In this document: one piece after another, positions 39,007-49,037 of the stretch
Layout: every line of letters starts with the position of its first letter
Position numbering within the stretch: position 1 is the first letter of the stretch
Assembly: GCA_050331735.1 (NCBI GenBank)
Contig: JBHJGN010000031.1
Location: 111,747 to 175,746, forward strand
Reading direction: 5' to 3'
Length of the DNA stretch: 64,000 nucleotides
Source of the DNA: Cyanophyceae cyanobacterium
GTDB taxonomy: Bacteria > Cyanobacteriota > Cyanobacteriia > Cyanobacteriales > JBHJGN01
Notes under the pieces: generated by a model
Told to the model about the DNA's origin: nothing
The model's database searches: none
The model's input: only the letters and a program-made list of their open reading frames with translations
Program-made: the position numbers and the translations under genes

Positions 39007-40584
39007 ATGTTTGAAACACTATCTGCTAAATATCGGTTCAAACGATTTTTCACCCATGACTTCGCCATCCCAGGCTATTTCGCCTTCGGAAAACTACTGC
39101 TCCATTTTCTCACCAATAGTCAATATGGTTTTTTTGGCGATGAGCTTTACTTTATGGCAGCAGGAGAGCATCTAAGTTGGGGATTTGCTGATTTTCCCCC
39201 CCTGACCCCTGTTATTGCTAACATCAGTCGTTGGTTGCTAGGAGATTCCCTATTTGCGATTCGCCTATTTCCAGCGATCGCCGGAGCGTTGACGGTTTTT
39301 TTAACGGGAGTCATGGTTCGCGAACTGGGAGGAGGAAGTTTAGCTCAGGGCCTCGCTACGCTCTCCGTTATCATTGCGCCTGGGTATTTGTTTATCCATA
39401 CCATTCTCACCATGAATGCATTTGAGCCAATGCTTTGGATGCTTTGCGCTTACCTGGCAATTTTAATTCTAAAGTACGAAGCCCCTAAGCTTTGGCTTAT
39501 AGCCGGATTGATTGTCGGGATTGGGTTAATGAACAAGTTTTCAATTGCCTTCTTTGCCATCAGCTTTCTCGTTGGCTTGCTCGTCACTCCAGCTCGCAGG
39601 CTTCTTGTCAATCAGTGGTTTTGGCTTGGTTGCCTGATAGCCTCAGTCATTTGCTCGCCGACAGTTTTTTGGCAAATTCAGCATCACTGGCCGTTTCTAG
39701 AGCATCAAAGGGAAGCAAACTTATACGATAAAAAACCGTTTCTTTCGTCTACTGTTGACCTGGTTCTACAACAAATCGTTTTGGTTAACCCTGTAGCATT
39801 TCCCGTTTGGTTAACAGGAATTTACTATTATTTATTCGCCAGAGATGGCCAGAAATATCGCGGGCTTGGCTGGACATTTATTGTTATTCTAGCTTTCTTT
39901 TTATTCTTTGAGGCTCGATATTACTATTTGCTTCCTATTTATCCCGTATTTCTGGCTGCCGGAGCGATAGTGTTTGAGCAACTCATCCATTATTATAAAA
40001 ATTCTCTAAAATATTTTCTCCTCTGCGTTCTACTCGCGGGCGGCATCGTGATGGCACCAATCGGTCTGCCCCTCTTGCCAATGGAGAAACTAATTAGTTA
40101 CTCAAACTTCATTTATCGACCTCCCGCATTATCGAGGTTTTCTCCTAATCAGTCAGCAGAGGCTCCCTGGCATTTTAGACTGATGCTCGGTTGGGAAGAT
40201 ACTACGTCTACCGTAGCAACTACCTACCATAACCTTAGTTCTAGCGAACAGTCTAAGTGTGCAATTTTAGCTTGGAGCTATAATTATGCTGGAGCAATAG
40301 ATTTTTTTCGTCGAGACTACAATCTTCCTCAAGCGATCAGCGGGCATATGGGCTATTACTTTTGGGGAACCAGAAATTATTCGGGCGAAATTGTCCTCAG
40401 CGTCGGTGGTAATTTAAGTTTCCTAAAACAAAAATTTATCCCCGTGGAAAAGGTGGCGACTGTCACGAACGATCGAATTGTCGGCGTTACAAAGAATATC
40501 CCAATCTACCTCTGTAAGGATATCAAAAAACCTTTAAAAGAGATCTGGTCAGATTTTAAATTTTATTTTAATATGCCAATTTAG
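39007..40584 (+). CDS. Glycosyltransferase family 39 / ArnT-like membrane protein
   Basis: YGFFGDELYF, WGFADFPPLTP, GLMNKFS, YYLLPIYP, AGAIDFF..LPQAISGH. Confidence 0.88.
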   Translation: MFETLSAKYRFKRFFTHDFAIPGYFAFGKLLLHFLTNSQYGFFGDELYFMAAGEHLSWGFADFPPLTPVIANISRWLLGDSLFAIRLFPAIAGALTVFLTGVMVRELGGGSLAQGLATLSVIIAPGYLFIHTILTMNAFEPMLWMLCAYLAILILKYEAPKLWLIAGLIVGIGLMNKFSIAFFAISFLVGLLVTPARRLLVNQWFWLGCLIASVICSPTVFWQIQHHWPFLEHQREANLYDKKPFLSSTVDLVLQQIVLVNPVAFPVWLTGIYYYLFARDGQKYRGLGWTFIVILAFFLFFEARYYYLLPIYPVFLAAGAIVFEQLIHYYKNSLKYFLLCVLLAGGIVMAPIGLPLLPMEKLISYSNFIYRPPALSRFSPNQSAEAPWHFRLMLGWEDTTSTVATTYHNLSSSEQSKCAILAWSYNYAGAIDFFRRDYNLPQAISGHMGYYFWGTRNYSGEIVLSVGGNLSFLKQKFIPVEKVATVTNDRIVGVTKNIPIYLCKDIKKPLKEIWSDFKFYFNMPI

Positions 40585-41521
40585 CAAGTTTTTTCATTAT
40601 TGGAAGCTCTTATGTCTCACAAATAAATCTATTTTTTTACAATGAGTATTACTCTACTAACACTTAAAACTCGATTAAAGATAGGCTTAGACTCTATCTT
40701 CAAAAACACTCCGAAGAGCCTTGCAGTTTAGCCTTTAATCACTTCGAGTATCTCTTGGCCTTAGCTAAAGAATATTAAAAGCTAAGCATTAAGCTCCCCA
40801 TACTTAAATCAAGAATTCTTCTTATCCTTGTTTTTGATTGGGTAGTGCTAAACAAGTAATGGCGCATTGTAACAAGGTATTTCAAGTTAACTTATTCAAA
40901 ACATAAGGATAGTATTCTGTATGTAGTGAAAGACCAAAAATCAAGGGAAATACTGTTGAAAAGCCTGGGGCAAAAGCATCGCGGCTTTCTAACAGTATTT
41001 AGTTCGTGTTATTGTCCTAGACAAAACTACTTGTTAGCACCTTGAGCTTGCACCCGTGAATAGCAACGGAATCGTATCTTCCGCTAAGCCAGATTTTCGC
41101 TTTTGAAAACAGCTTAAACAGTTACGGACAACTCACGTTCTGAAGAAAAGCTCCAGAACCGTATCCTCATCAGTTCGTAAAACGATATGTGGCAGTAGAA
41201 ATTCTCCGCACTCCCAGAGCCAAGCGAGTTTTGGATTGGAAAGCTTGTAAATCTAGAACGCGCTCAAGTCTACTAACTTGGTAAACCGTCATTAACTGCG
41301 GATAGCTCCAGGGTGAATGGTCCTTTATGCCTAGTAGCTCATTAACTGTGTCCAGTTGGAGGTATCCAGTTGGACGATGTCAAACTCGCTTTGCTCTTTC
41401 AATAATAAATAGAGATAAAGACTAGCTTTCCTAATCTGTTTAGGCAAATCTGTGCTTGATTCTTCGCAACTGGCTAGTCAATTAGTGACAGAACGATCTT
41501 GTTAACTAAGTGTTTAAGGCA

Positions 41522-41893
41522 ATGTTGCAGGTTCAGTGTTTAAAAATACCGATTCTACCCGATAAGGTTAACCAGTTGCGTCACTGGCTAACACAGCTTT
41601 CTAATCGACACGCCGAAGTTCTCGAAGCACTCAGAACCGAGGGCTTTGCTGATGGAGCACTTTTCTTATCAACGGAAGGCGCCACCGATTTTTTATATAT
41701 CTATTCCCGCGCCCAGGATCTATCCGCTGCTACTGCTGAGTTTCAAGATTCGTTGCTGCCGCTTGACATCGAGTTCAAGTGTATGATGAGCGATTGCCTC
41801 GATCTGCGAGGGATTATTCCGCTCAACGTCAAGTTTGCTGCCGATCTCAAAGATTTTGCGGCTGAACAAGCGCAATCCTCCCATTATTGCTAG
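41522..41893 (+). CDS. Hypothetical protein (DUF6176-like)
   Basis: EVLEALRTEG...DFLYIY...SLLPLDIEFK pattern; family call from recall. Confidence 0.65.
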   Translation: MLQVQCLKIPILPDKVNQLRHWLTQLSNRHAEVLEALRTEGFADGALFLSTEGATDFLYIYSRAQDLSAATAEFQDSLLPLDIEFKCMMSDCLDLRGIIPLNVKFAADLKDFAAEQAQSSHYC

Positions 41894-42067
41894 CAGCACA
41901 TCACAACTTTGGGAAGTAACAATGCCTTCCAGTATCGAGCCACTAGGGTGAACCAGTTGGAGGAAGACGGCTAAAGGAACCCCGTATTATCTTAATTCTC
42001 AGAACCTAAAGCAGTTGTTCAAAGATGATGACCTGCGCTTGTCCAATTATTTTAGTGGGTTAACCCT

Positions 42068-42415
42068 ATGGCTTCTATACATGAGCTAATTCAAGAAGCG
42101 ATCGCAGCGGGCGATTTAGATCCCGAAACCGAAGCTCAACTACGAAAGATCGTTAAAAGTTGGTCTGACGACGAGGATATGCAAGCTTTTGTCAATTTAC
42201 AACCCGCCGAACCTTTTTGTCAGAGGTTTCCTGATTTTGAAGAACAGAACCGGTGCGAACAGACAATTCAGACGAATTTCGACCGTGCTTACCAAATTAC
42301 TGCCGCGATCGCCGCTGCTGCTCTCATCGCTCTGAGCACTTCAGGAAAACTCGAAACGGCAGATTTAGCTGAAGGGGTTGGGACAACAGCATTACCATCA
42401 AATATACACAAGTAG
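42068..42415 (+). CDS. Hypothetical protein
   Basis: 115 aa ATG ORF preceded by the recurring motif at 41952. Confidence 0.6.
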   Translation: MASIHELIQEAIAAGDLDPETEAQLRKIVKSWSDDEDMQAFVNLQPAEPFCQRFPDFEEQNRCEQTIQTNFDRAYQITAAIAAAALIALSTSGKLETADLAEGVGTTALPSNIHK

Positions 42416-42511
42416 GGAGGGAAAATTAATGCACCGTCTCACGCCTGCTGTAGCAGTCGGCATCGCTATTCTCCATAGATATCCCTAATTCTGGTGACTG
42501 CGACTGAATTT

Positions 42512-44023
42512 CTAGTTTGCGGAGCAGGAAGACAGCTTACTGGTGGTCGTCAGGGGCAGAGTGAACCAAAAGATGGTAAAAGAGTTGGAATCGCTGATTA
42601 CCCCAATTTCTCCCCCGTGAGCCGTAACAATTTGTTGACACAGATAAAGCCCTAACCCCAATCCAGGCATATAGCGAGCGCGTTGACCGCGAGTATACAG
42701 CTCGAAGAGTCGCTGACGCTGCTCGCGGGGAATTCCGATGCCGTTATCTTGGACGCGGCAGAGCAGCATCGGCATCATGAGGCTAGAAGTAGTCGGTAAG
42801 GTTGGTAACACCGTTTGGGGTCGGTTTGCTCGTAGCAAAGACATGCTGCTGGGCTGGCAAGCCAAACTGTGTGCATCCTTTAGCACTTCGGCCTCTAAAA
42901 TCAATCGAATGCCGGGAGGGTTGTGCTTGAGGGCATTATCCACCAGGTTACTGAATACCCGCCAGAGGTGAGTGGGATCGGCTTGAACGGGCGGCAGGGC
43001 AGGACTAATGGCGTTGTGTAGCTCTACCTTATTTTGCGTGAGTCTCGGTTCAACATCCGCGAGCACTGCGTCAACGACAGCGCTGAGCTGAAGAGGCTGA
43101 CAGCGAAGCGTAATGCCCTGGCTATCGGCATGATAGGCTTCGACGAGAGCATTGATCAGTGCTAGCTGGCGATCGCTTCCCTGGACGAGGCGCTCTAGCA
43201 CCGGAACATCAATTTTGACGGAGCCATTATCGGCTTGATTGAGTAAATGTTTGGTCACCAGTGCCGTTCCCATGACAGGATTACGAAGGTCGTGGGAGAG
43301 CGCATGTAACAAGATCTTCAGCTCTCGCCGGGATTCAAACTCAGAGCGGCGCAATCGTTCATAAACACAAATGCTGACGTTACAAATCAGGCACACCCAA
43401 ACGATTTCAACAAAAGCTCCCAGATTGTACACATCTTCAATAATAGAGAGGTTTACGTTTTTAGTAAATCTGAGAAGAGGTGAGACCACCGTGAAGTAGG
43501 TGATTGGTAATAGCTGAGAGAGTAGATGCAGGGGCCAGCGCAGCGGTAAAAGCACGGCGAAGACCAGAAAAACAATGGTGCTTGGTTTAACGGGAATTCC
43601 ATAGAACGTGGAGGTAATCTGAGTAACCAACCCATTAAGAGAGCTAGCAAAAATGAGAAAGACAATTGCTGGATAGCGTTTTCCCCAGCGGCTTCGCTGC
43701 ATCAGTATACAGACAACAATGAGCGCTGTTGTTACGAAGAAGCTGATCAAGGTGATATCGCGTAAATCTTCGGCCCGCCAAGGTTGACCGTAAAGTGTGT
43801 CTAGGTCTGAGCGGATCTGCTCGAGTTTAAAGATGTACTTATAAAGGAGGTGACTCGTTGCTATCAGGAAGCAAATCAGCCCGATCCACAGCCCAAAGCT
43901 GAGCTGCTGATGTAAAAACTCATGTCGCCATCGGAGATAATCGGCTGATTCGGCAGGAAAAAGAGTGCGTTTTACCTGAGACCAGCACTGATGAGTTTGT
44001 TGTCGCAGGTCGCGAAGATTCAT
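42512..44023 (-). CDS. Membrane sensor histidine kinase (paralog B of 29472-30965)
   Basis: HALSHDLRNP; long stretches identical to paralog A (YERLRRSEFESRRELKI, ARYMPGLGLGLYLCQQIVTAHGG). Confidence 0.92.
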   Translation of the reverse strand: MNLRDLRQQTHQCWSQVKRTLFPAESADYLRWRHEFLHQQLSFGLWIGLICFLIATSHLLYKYIFKLEQIRSDLDTLYGQPWRAEDLRDITLISFFVTTALIVVCILMQRSRWGKRYPAIVFLIFASSLNGLVTQITSTFYGIPVKPSTIVFLVFAVLLPLRWPLHLLSQLLPITYFTVVSPLLRFTKNVNLSIIEDVYNLGAFVEIVWVCLICNVSICVYERLRRSEFESRRELKILLHALSHDLRNPVMGTALVTKHLLNQADNGSVKIDVPVLERLVQGSDRQLALINALVEAYHADSQGITLRCQPLQLSAVVDAVLADVEPRLTQNKVELHNAISPALPPVQADPTHLWRVFSNLVDNALKHNPPGIRLILEAEVLKDAHSLACQPSSMSLLRANRPQTVLPTLPTTSSLMMPMLLCRVQDNGIGIPREQRQRLFELYTRGQRARYMPGLGLGLYLCQQIVTAHGGEIGVISDSNSFTIFWFTLPLTTTSKLSSCSAN

Positions 44024-44374
44024 AGAAACAGCGTTGGTGGGCCAGAGTGCATCGGTAATGGCACCTTACCTTAGCGGGGGCGATCGCACATCGTCCACTC
44101 AGTCATTTTTGAGAGCATTCTAGGCTTCTCTTTGTGGGACAACGCAGGAGAAAACTATGTTATACCTCTTAGAGCAGCATTTCCCCTCAACAAAGTTTCA
44201 GAACGACAACAATACGCACAGAACAGTATCCTGTTTGACCAGTCGGACGATGTGGCATTCTCTCTTAACATGAATAATATTCCTTGTCCTCAAAAGACAC
44301 TTAACTTTGCCAATAGACGATTCTGTAAACTAAACCAGTGTTTGTCAGCTACAAAAGATTTTTAATTGCAATTA

Positions 44375-44881
44375 ATGGTTATTTTAAAAACAAATCGCCT
44401 GCTCCTGCGCCTCTTTAGAGAGGAAGATTTCGAGGAGTATGCCGCTTTATTTTCTCAGCCAGAAGTGGTTCAATATCTGGGCAACGGAGCACCGCTATCA
44501 CGGGTCGTCGCTTGGCAGAGTCTTGCGTCACAACTGGGTCACTGGCAGCTCAGAGGCTATGGGATGTGGGCGGTTGAGGAGCGTGATAGTCAAGCGTTTG
44601 TCGGACGAATTGGCTTTTTCGATGCCGAAGGCTGGCCTGGCTTTGAATTAGGATGGGTACTAAAGCCTGCTTACTGGGGGCGGGGTTACGCTACAGAGGG
44701 AGCAAAAATAGCGCTGAACTATGCTTTTGATTATCTAGACCAAAAGCGCGTGCTCAGCCTGATTCATCCCGACAATATCCGCTCAATTCGAGTTGCTGAG
44801 AGGTTAGGAGCGAAACCTGCGGGAGAGACGGAAACCTTTGGTAAAAGAGTACTGGTCTACGCCATTGAGCGACGAGAATAA
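44375..44881 (+). CDS. GNAT N-acetyltransferase, RimJ/RimL type
   Basis: TNRLLLR, GHWQLRGYGMWAV, ELGW..YWGRGYATE, IHPDNIRSIRVAERLG. Confidence 0.92.
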   Translation: MVILKTNRLLLRLFREEDFEEYAALFSQPEVVQYLGNGAPLSRVVAWQSLASQLGHWQLRGYGMWAVEERDSQAFVGRIGFFDAEGWPGFELGWVLKPAYWGRGYATEGAKIALNYAFDYLDQKRVLSLIHPDNIRSIRVAERLGAKPAGETETFGKRVLVYAIERRE

Positions 44882-45267
44882 AGAATCGGGTTTATAACCT
44901 CGTCAACTTTAGTTCCAGGTCAACGGAAAGAATTGTTCTGTTCTGTATTAACTAAAAGACGATTGAGGCAGTTGAGTGTTAGCTATTAGTCCCTGCTCGT
45001 CGCTGCTTTGAGCAAGCTCGCTCTTCTGTTTAACCTCCTTTAAAGATTGAGCCTCTGTGTTGAAAGCGATCGCATCTGAAGCCTAAACAGTGGAAATATT
45101 GGGGTTACTGTAGCTCAATTAGCGTGACTTCAGCAGTTTAGTCGCTTTTAATACATCCCTCTAGACCAGATTGAAGGAAACTGCGAGTAACGAAGATAAC
45201 AAATACGGGGAAACGGGGAAGGGGGAAAGGGTAAAGGCAATTTCTTCATGGCCCAGAATTTAGAACT

Positions 45268-46623
45268 ATGGAAAAGCTCTCTCCCGAACTACAGACCTTA
45301 CACGCAACTTTAGTAGAACAGGGCGTTAAGTATGCGCTAGCTAGCTACGTTGATGTTCACGGCATCTGCAAGGCCAAAGCAGTTCCCCTGGCACACTTTG
45401 CTCAGATGATGCAGGGAGCGGAGTTGTTTACCGGAGCCGCCCTGGATGGCGTTCCCCAAGCTGTCAATGATGAGGAAGTGTCGGCAAGACCTGACCCCGA
45501 TACCGCTACAGTCCTTCCCTGGAACCCAGAAATTGTCTGGTTCGCTAGCGATCTGTATTTGCAGGGGAAGCCGTTTAGCGCCTGCTGCCGAACGATCTTA
45601 AAAAAAGTCCTCAATCAGGCCGCTCAAATGGGTTTAGGCTTTAATTTGGGGATTGAAACGGAATTTTTTATCCTCAAAGACGCTAACGGTCAGGCTGTCC
45701 CGGTGAGCGATCGCGATACGCTAGCTAAACCCTGTTACGACCTCACCGGATTGCTCGATAACTACCCGTGGGTGAGCGAAATTGTCGAGACCATGAATCA
45801 ACTGGGATGGGATGTCTACTCCTTCGACCATGAAGATGCTAACGGTCAGTTTGAAACGGATTTTGCCTACTGCGATGCCCTGAAAATGGCGGACCGTTTA
45901 ACATTTTTTCGGTTGATGGTTAAGGAAATTGCCCGCAGACACGGCCATTTTGCCAGCTTTATGCCCAAGCCCTTTGGCGATCGCACGGGCAGCGGCGCTC
46001 ACTATAATATGTCTCTCTACGATATTAATACGGGTGAGAACTTATTTACTAGCAGTGACGATCCCCGTGGCTGTGGACTATCAAAGCTCGGCTATCAGTT
46101 TATCGCTGGAGTGCTGAAACATGCAGCGGCGGTATGTGCCGTGATTGCGCCCACCGTAAACAGCTACAAACGATTGATCCCGAGAGGCAGTATGTCGGGG
46201 TTTACCTGGGCTCCTGTCTATATTTGCTACGGCAACAACAACCGCACCAATATGCTGAGGATTCCCCTAGGCGGGGGGCGAGTTGAGTGCAGAGCTGCCG
46301 ATATTTCCAATAATCTATATTTAGGAGCTGCCATGATTTTAGCAGCAGGTTTAGAAGGAATCAGAGAAGATCTAGCTCCAGGGGAACTCCATACCGAAAA
46401 TATGTATGAATATTCTCCAGAAGAACTCAAGATGAAGGGCATTGATACCTTACCCCGTACCCTTGGCGAGGCCATTGAAGCCTTTGCCGCCGATCCTCTC
46501 AGTCAGTTAGTGATGGGAGACTTGATGTATCAGACCTACGTAGATTTCAAATCCCAGGAGTGGCAGGAGTACCATAACCACATTTCTGATTGGGAACGAG
46601 AGCGGTATTTGAAGTTTTTTTAG
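45268..46623 (+). CDS. glnT: GlnT-type glutamate-ammonia ligase family protein (gamma-glutamylamide synthetase-like)
   Basis: YVDVHGICKAKAVP, GIETEFF, DHEDANGQFE, FMPKPF..TGSGAH, PTVNSYKRL, NNRTNMLR, RVECR. Confidence 0.82.
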   Translation: MEKLSPELQTLHATLVEQGVKYALASYVDVHGICKAKAVPLAHFAQMMQGAELFTGAALDGVPQAVNDEEVSARPDPDTATVLPWNPEIVWFASDLYLQGKPFSACCRTILKKVLNQAAQMGLGFNLGIETEFFILKDANGQAVPVSDRDTLAKPCYDLTGLLDNYPWVSEIVETMNQLGWDVYSFDHEDANGQFETDFAYCDALKMADRLTFFRLMVKEIARRHGHFASFMPKPFGDRTGSGAHYNMSLYDINTGENLFTSSDDPRGCGLSKLGYQFIAGVLKHAAAVCAVIAPTVNSYKRLIPRGSMSGFTWAPVYICYGNNNRTNMLRIPLGGGRVECRAADISNNLYLGAAMILAAGLEGIREDLAPGELHTENMYEYSPEELKMKGIDTLPRTLGEAIEAFAADPLSQLVMGDLMYQTYVDFKSQEWQEYHNHISDWERERYLKFF

Positions 46624-46767
46624 CAAGTAGCTCTTAGCTGTTAGTTTTTAGCTGTCCTACTACAACCTTGGATGAGAAGGACGCTTATTAAGTAGTCAGG
46701 AGACCATGAACCATCAACAATTAACAAAAAACTAGAATGTTAAGACTGATCAGATTAGGAGGAAAAA

Positions 46768-47721
46768 ATGACAACAACGTTAACAATTCCGGTCATTGAT
46801 TTTGCGGCTTTTATCAACGGGAATGAGGCTCAGCAGCAGCGAGTTGCTCAAGAGATTTACGAAGCTTGCCACCGCATCGGGTTTATGTACCTCAAAGATC
46901 TAGGAATCTCTCAAGAGTTAATCCATCGCGTTTTTGCCCAGTCTCAACATTTCTTTTCTCTGCCAACCGAGGTCAAAAATCAGGTCGCTTGGTCCGATGC
47001 AGTCAGTAATCGTGGCTATGTGGGCATCGAACGAGAACGCCTAGACGAAACCAAGCCAGGAGATCTTAAAGAAGCGTTCAACGTTGGCAAAGAAGTTGGT
47101 GCGAATGAATTAGAAACCAATCCCGCTTTAACCCGCAACCAGTGGCTAGCAGAGGAGCCAGATTTTAAAGAAACCGTTTTAGAGTTCTACAAAGCCAGCG
47201 CGGCAGCGGCTGACCGCGTTTGCCAAGCCTTTGCACTTGCCCTCAACACGTCCGCCTCTTTCTTTGCCGATAAGCACTCTCAGCACGACTATACCCTGCG
47301 ACTGCTGCACTATCCTCCGGTTCCACAGGCTCCTAAACCGGATCAGGTGAGGGCAGGAGCCCATTCTGACTACGGAAGCCTGACGCTGCTCTTTCAAGAT
47401 GCAGTGGGCGGTTTAGAAGTGCGAACAGCGCAAGGAGAATGGATTAACGCTCCCTCCATTCCCGGTACGGTGGTGGTCAATACAGGAGATTTAATGCAGC
47501 GGTGGACAAACCACGTTTTCTGTTCAACCAAGCATCGGGTGCGGATTCCCACCGACGAACGAGTGAAGCGATCGCGCTACTCGATTGCCCTGTTTTGCCA
47601 TCCCAACTACGATACCGAAATTGCCTGTCTCGAAAGCTGCCAGGGAAGCGAGCGCCCTCCCCTATATCCCCCAATTAAGGCAGGAGACTATTTAATGAGT
47701 CGTCTGCAAGCTACTTACTAG
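46768..47721 (+). CDS. 2-oxoglutarate/Fe(II) dioxygenase, isopenicillin N synthase-like
   Basis: IPVIDF, NRGY, DLKEAF, LRLLHYP, HSD...H facial triad, RYS. Confidence 0.93.
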   Translation: MTTTLTIPVIDFAAFINGNEAQQQRVAQEIYEACHRIGFMYLKDLGISQELIHRVFAQSQHFFSLPTEVKNQVAWSDAVSNRGYVGIERERLDETKPGDLKEAFNVGKEVGANELETNPALTRNQWLAEEPDFKETVLEFYKASAAAADRVCQAFALALNTSASFFADKHSQHDYTLRLLHYPPVPQAPKPDQVRAGAHSDYGSLTLLFQDAVGGLEVRTAQGEWINAPSIPGTVVVNTGDLMQRWTNHVFCSTKHRVRIPTDERVKRSRYSIALFCHPNYDTEIACLESCQGSERPPLYPPIKAGDYLMSRLQATY

Positions 47722-47812
47722 CGCCGCAGGCGCGGGAAAACTGTCGCGTTTACGAAGTTCTTCCGGAGGAAGCACACGACGGGGAAAGGGGAAAGGGAAA
47801 GGGGGAAAGGGA
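47719..47812 (+). repeat. Mini-hairpin / purine-heptamer mosaic repeat directly after the oxygenase stop
   Basis: TAG-CGCCGCAGGCGCGGG...ACGGGGAAAGGGGAAAGGGAAAGGGGGAAAGGG. Confidence 0.75.
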
Positions 47813-47847
47813 GTTTAGCTGCTCCTTTTTTAGGGAGGCTTTGGTCG

Positions 47848-47863
47848 TGTAGCAAATAATACA
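47848..47863. promoter_or_regulatory. NtcA-type binding site
   Basis: TGTA-GCAAATAA-TACA is a perfect GTA-N8-TAC, about 90 nt upstream of the BMP gene; no canonical TAN3T at 22 nt. Confidence 0.65.
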
Positions 47864-47955
47864 AATAAGTTAGCTTCTGTTTGCCAAGCTAAGTCAGAGG
47901 AAGCTTCTATGCTTTGATAAACAAATTGCTTTAAATTTCATGAACTAACAAGCGT

Positions 47956-49035
47956 ATGCTGCAAAAATCTCCCCTTTTCCCCTTCCCCCTTCCCCCTTCC
48001 CCGACTTCTGCAAGAAGTCTCCTCGGCTGTGTTGTCCTGCTAATATCGCTCGTTCTAGGCGGCTGTGGTGGTTCAAATACCGAGCAAACCACTGAACCGA
48101 CGGAAACAGAGGCCGCTACCGAAACCACTGCGGAGGACGAACCGAGTTTGGCGATCGTGCTTGGGGGTCCGGCTAACGATGACTCGTGGAATGAAGCGGC
48201 TTACGATGCGGCTCAGGCATTAGAAGCAGAAGGCGTAGAGGTGGCGATTTCAGAATCCGTGGCGGATGCGGATGTGGCTAGAGTGCTGCGTCAGTATGCC
48301 GAGGAGGGCTATGACGTCATTATCGGTCACTCCTACAATCATCAAGATGCGGTCTTTCAGGTGGCTCAAGAATTTCCCGACACCAATTTTGCCTGGGCAG
48401 GCGCAGTGGGCAAAACCGCAGAAAACGTTGCCGACTACGACCAGCCGTTCTACGAAGGTGCGTACTTGGTCGGCTTGATCGCGGGTCAACTGAGTGAAAC
48501 GGGTCAATTAGGAGCGCTGTATGGCTTTGACATTCCTGCCTGTCACGCGATGGGTGAAGCGATGCTAGAGGGAGCGAAAACGGTTCGTCCTGATGCCACC
48601 CTAACCGCTACCGCCGTTGGCGACTGGTACGACGTCGCTAAAGCCAAAGAAGCCGCCACGGCCCAAGCTGAAACGGGCGTTGACTACTGGATTGGCTGCG
48701 GACAAGCACCAACAATCGGGACAATTGAGGTTGCCAAGGAACAGGGCGGCTATGCCACTGGCTATGTAGGCGATATGTCTTCTTTGGGTCCAGATGTGGT
48801 AGCGGCAAACCTGGTTTGGAACATGCAGCCGATTTTCGAGCAAATGCTAGCAGATACCGAATCTGAAGAGTTTGCCAACAAATACTACCAGCTCTCGATT
48901 GAAAACGATGTGGTACAGGTTAACCCTACCGAAGTGGGACAAGAGCAGCTCCCCGAAGACACCATCACTCAGCTTCAGGAAACCCGCGATGAAATCGCCT
49001 CCGGTAGTTTTGAAGTTCCTTTTATTCCCAATTAA
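47956..49035 (+). CDS. BMP/PnrA family ABC substrate-binding lipoprotein (nucleoside/purine type)
   Basis: Lipobox LGGC; GPANDDSWNEA, GYDVIIGHS, YEGAYLVGLIAG, GDWYD. Confidence 0.88.
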   Translation: MLQKSPLFPFPLPPSPTSARSLLGCVVLLISLVLGGCGGSNTEQTTEPTETEAATETTAEDEPSLAIVLGGPANDDSWNEAAYDAAQALEAEGVEVAISESVADADVARVLRQYAEEGYDVIIGHSYNHQDAVFQVAQEFPDTNFAWAGAVGKTAENVADYDQPFYEGAYLVGLIAGQLSETGQLGALYGFDIPACHAMGEAMLEGAKTVRPDATLTATAVGDWYDVAKAKEAATAQAETGVDYWIGCGQAPTIGTIEVAKEQGGYATGYVGDMSSLGPDVVAANLVWNMQPIFEQMLADTESEEFANKYYQLSIENDVVQVNPTEVGQEQLPEDTITQLQETRDEIASGSFEVPFIPN

Positions 49036-49037
49036 TC

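Noticed and set aside
45268..46623. Calling this the housekeeping glnA
   Set aside because: The N-terminus and motifs fit the GlnT subgroup rather than cyanobacterial GSI
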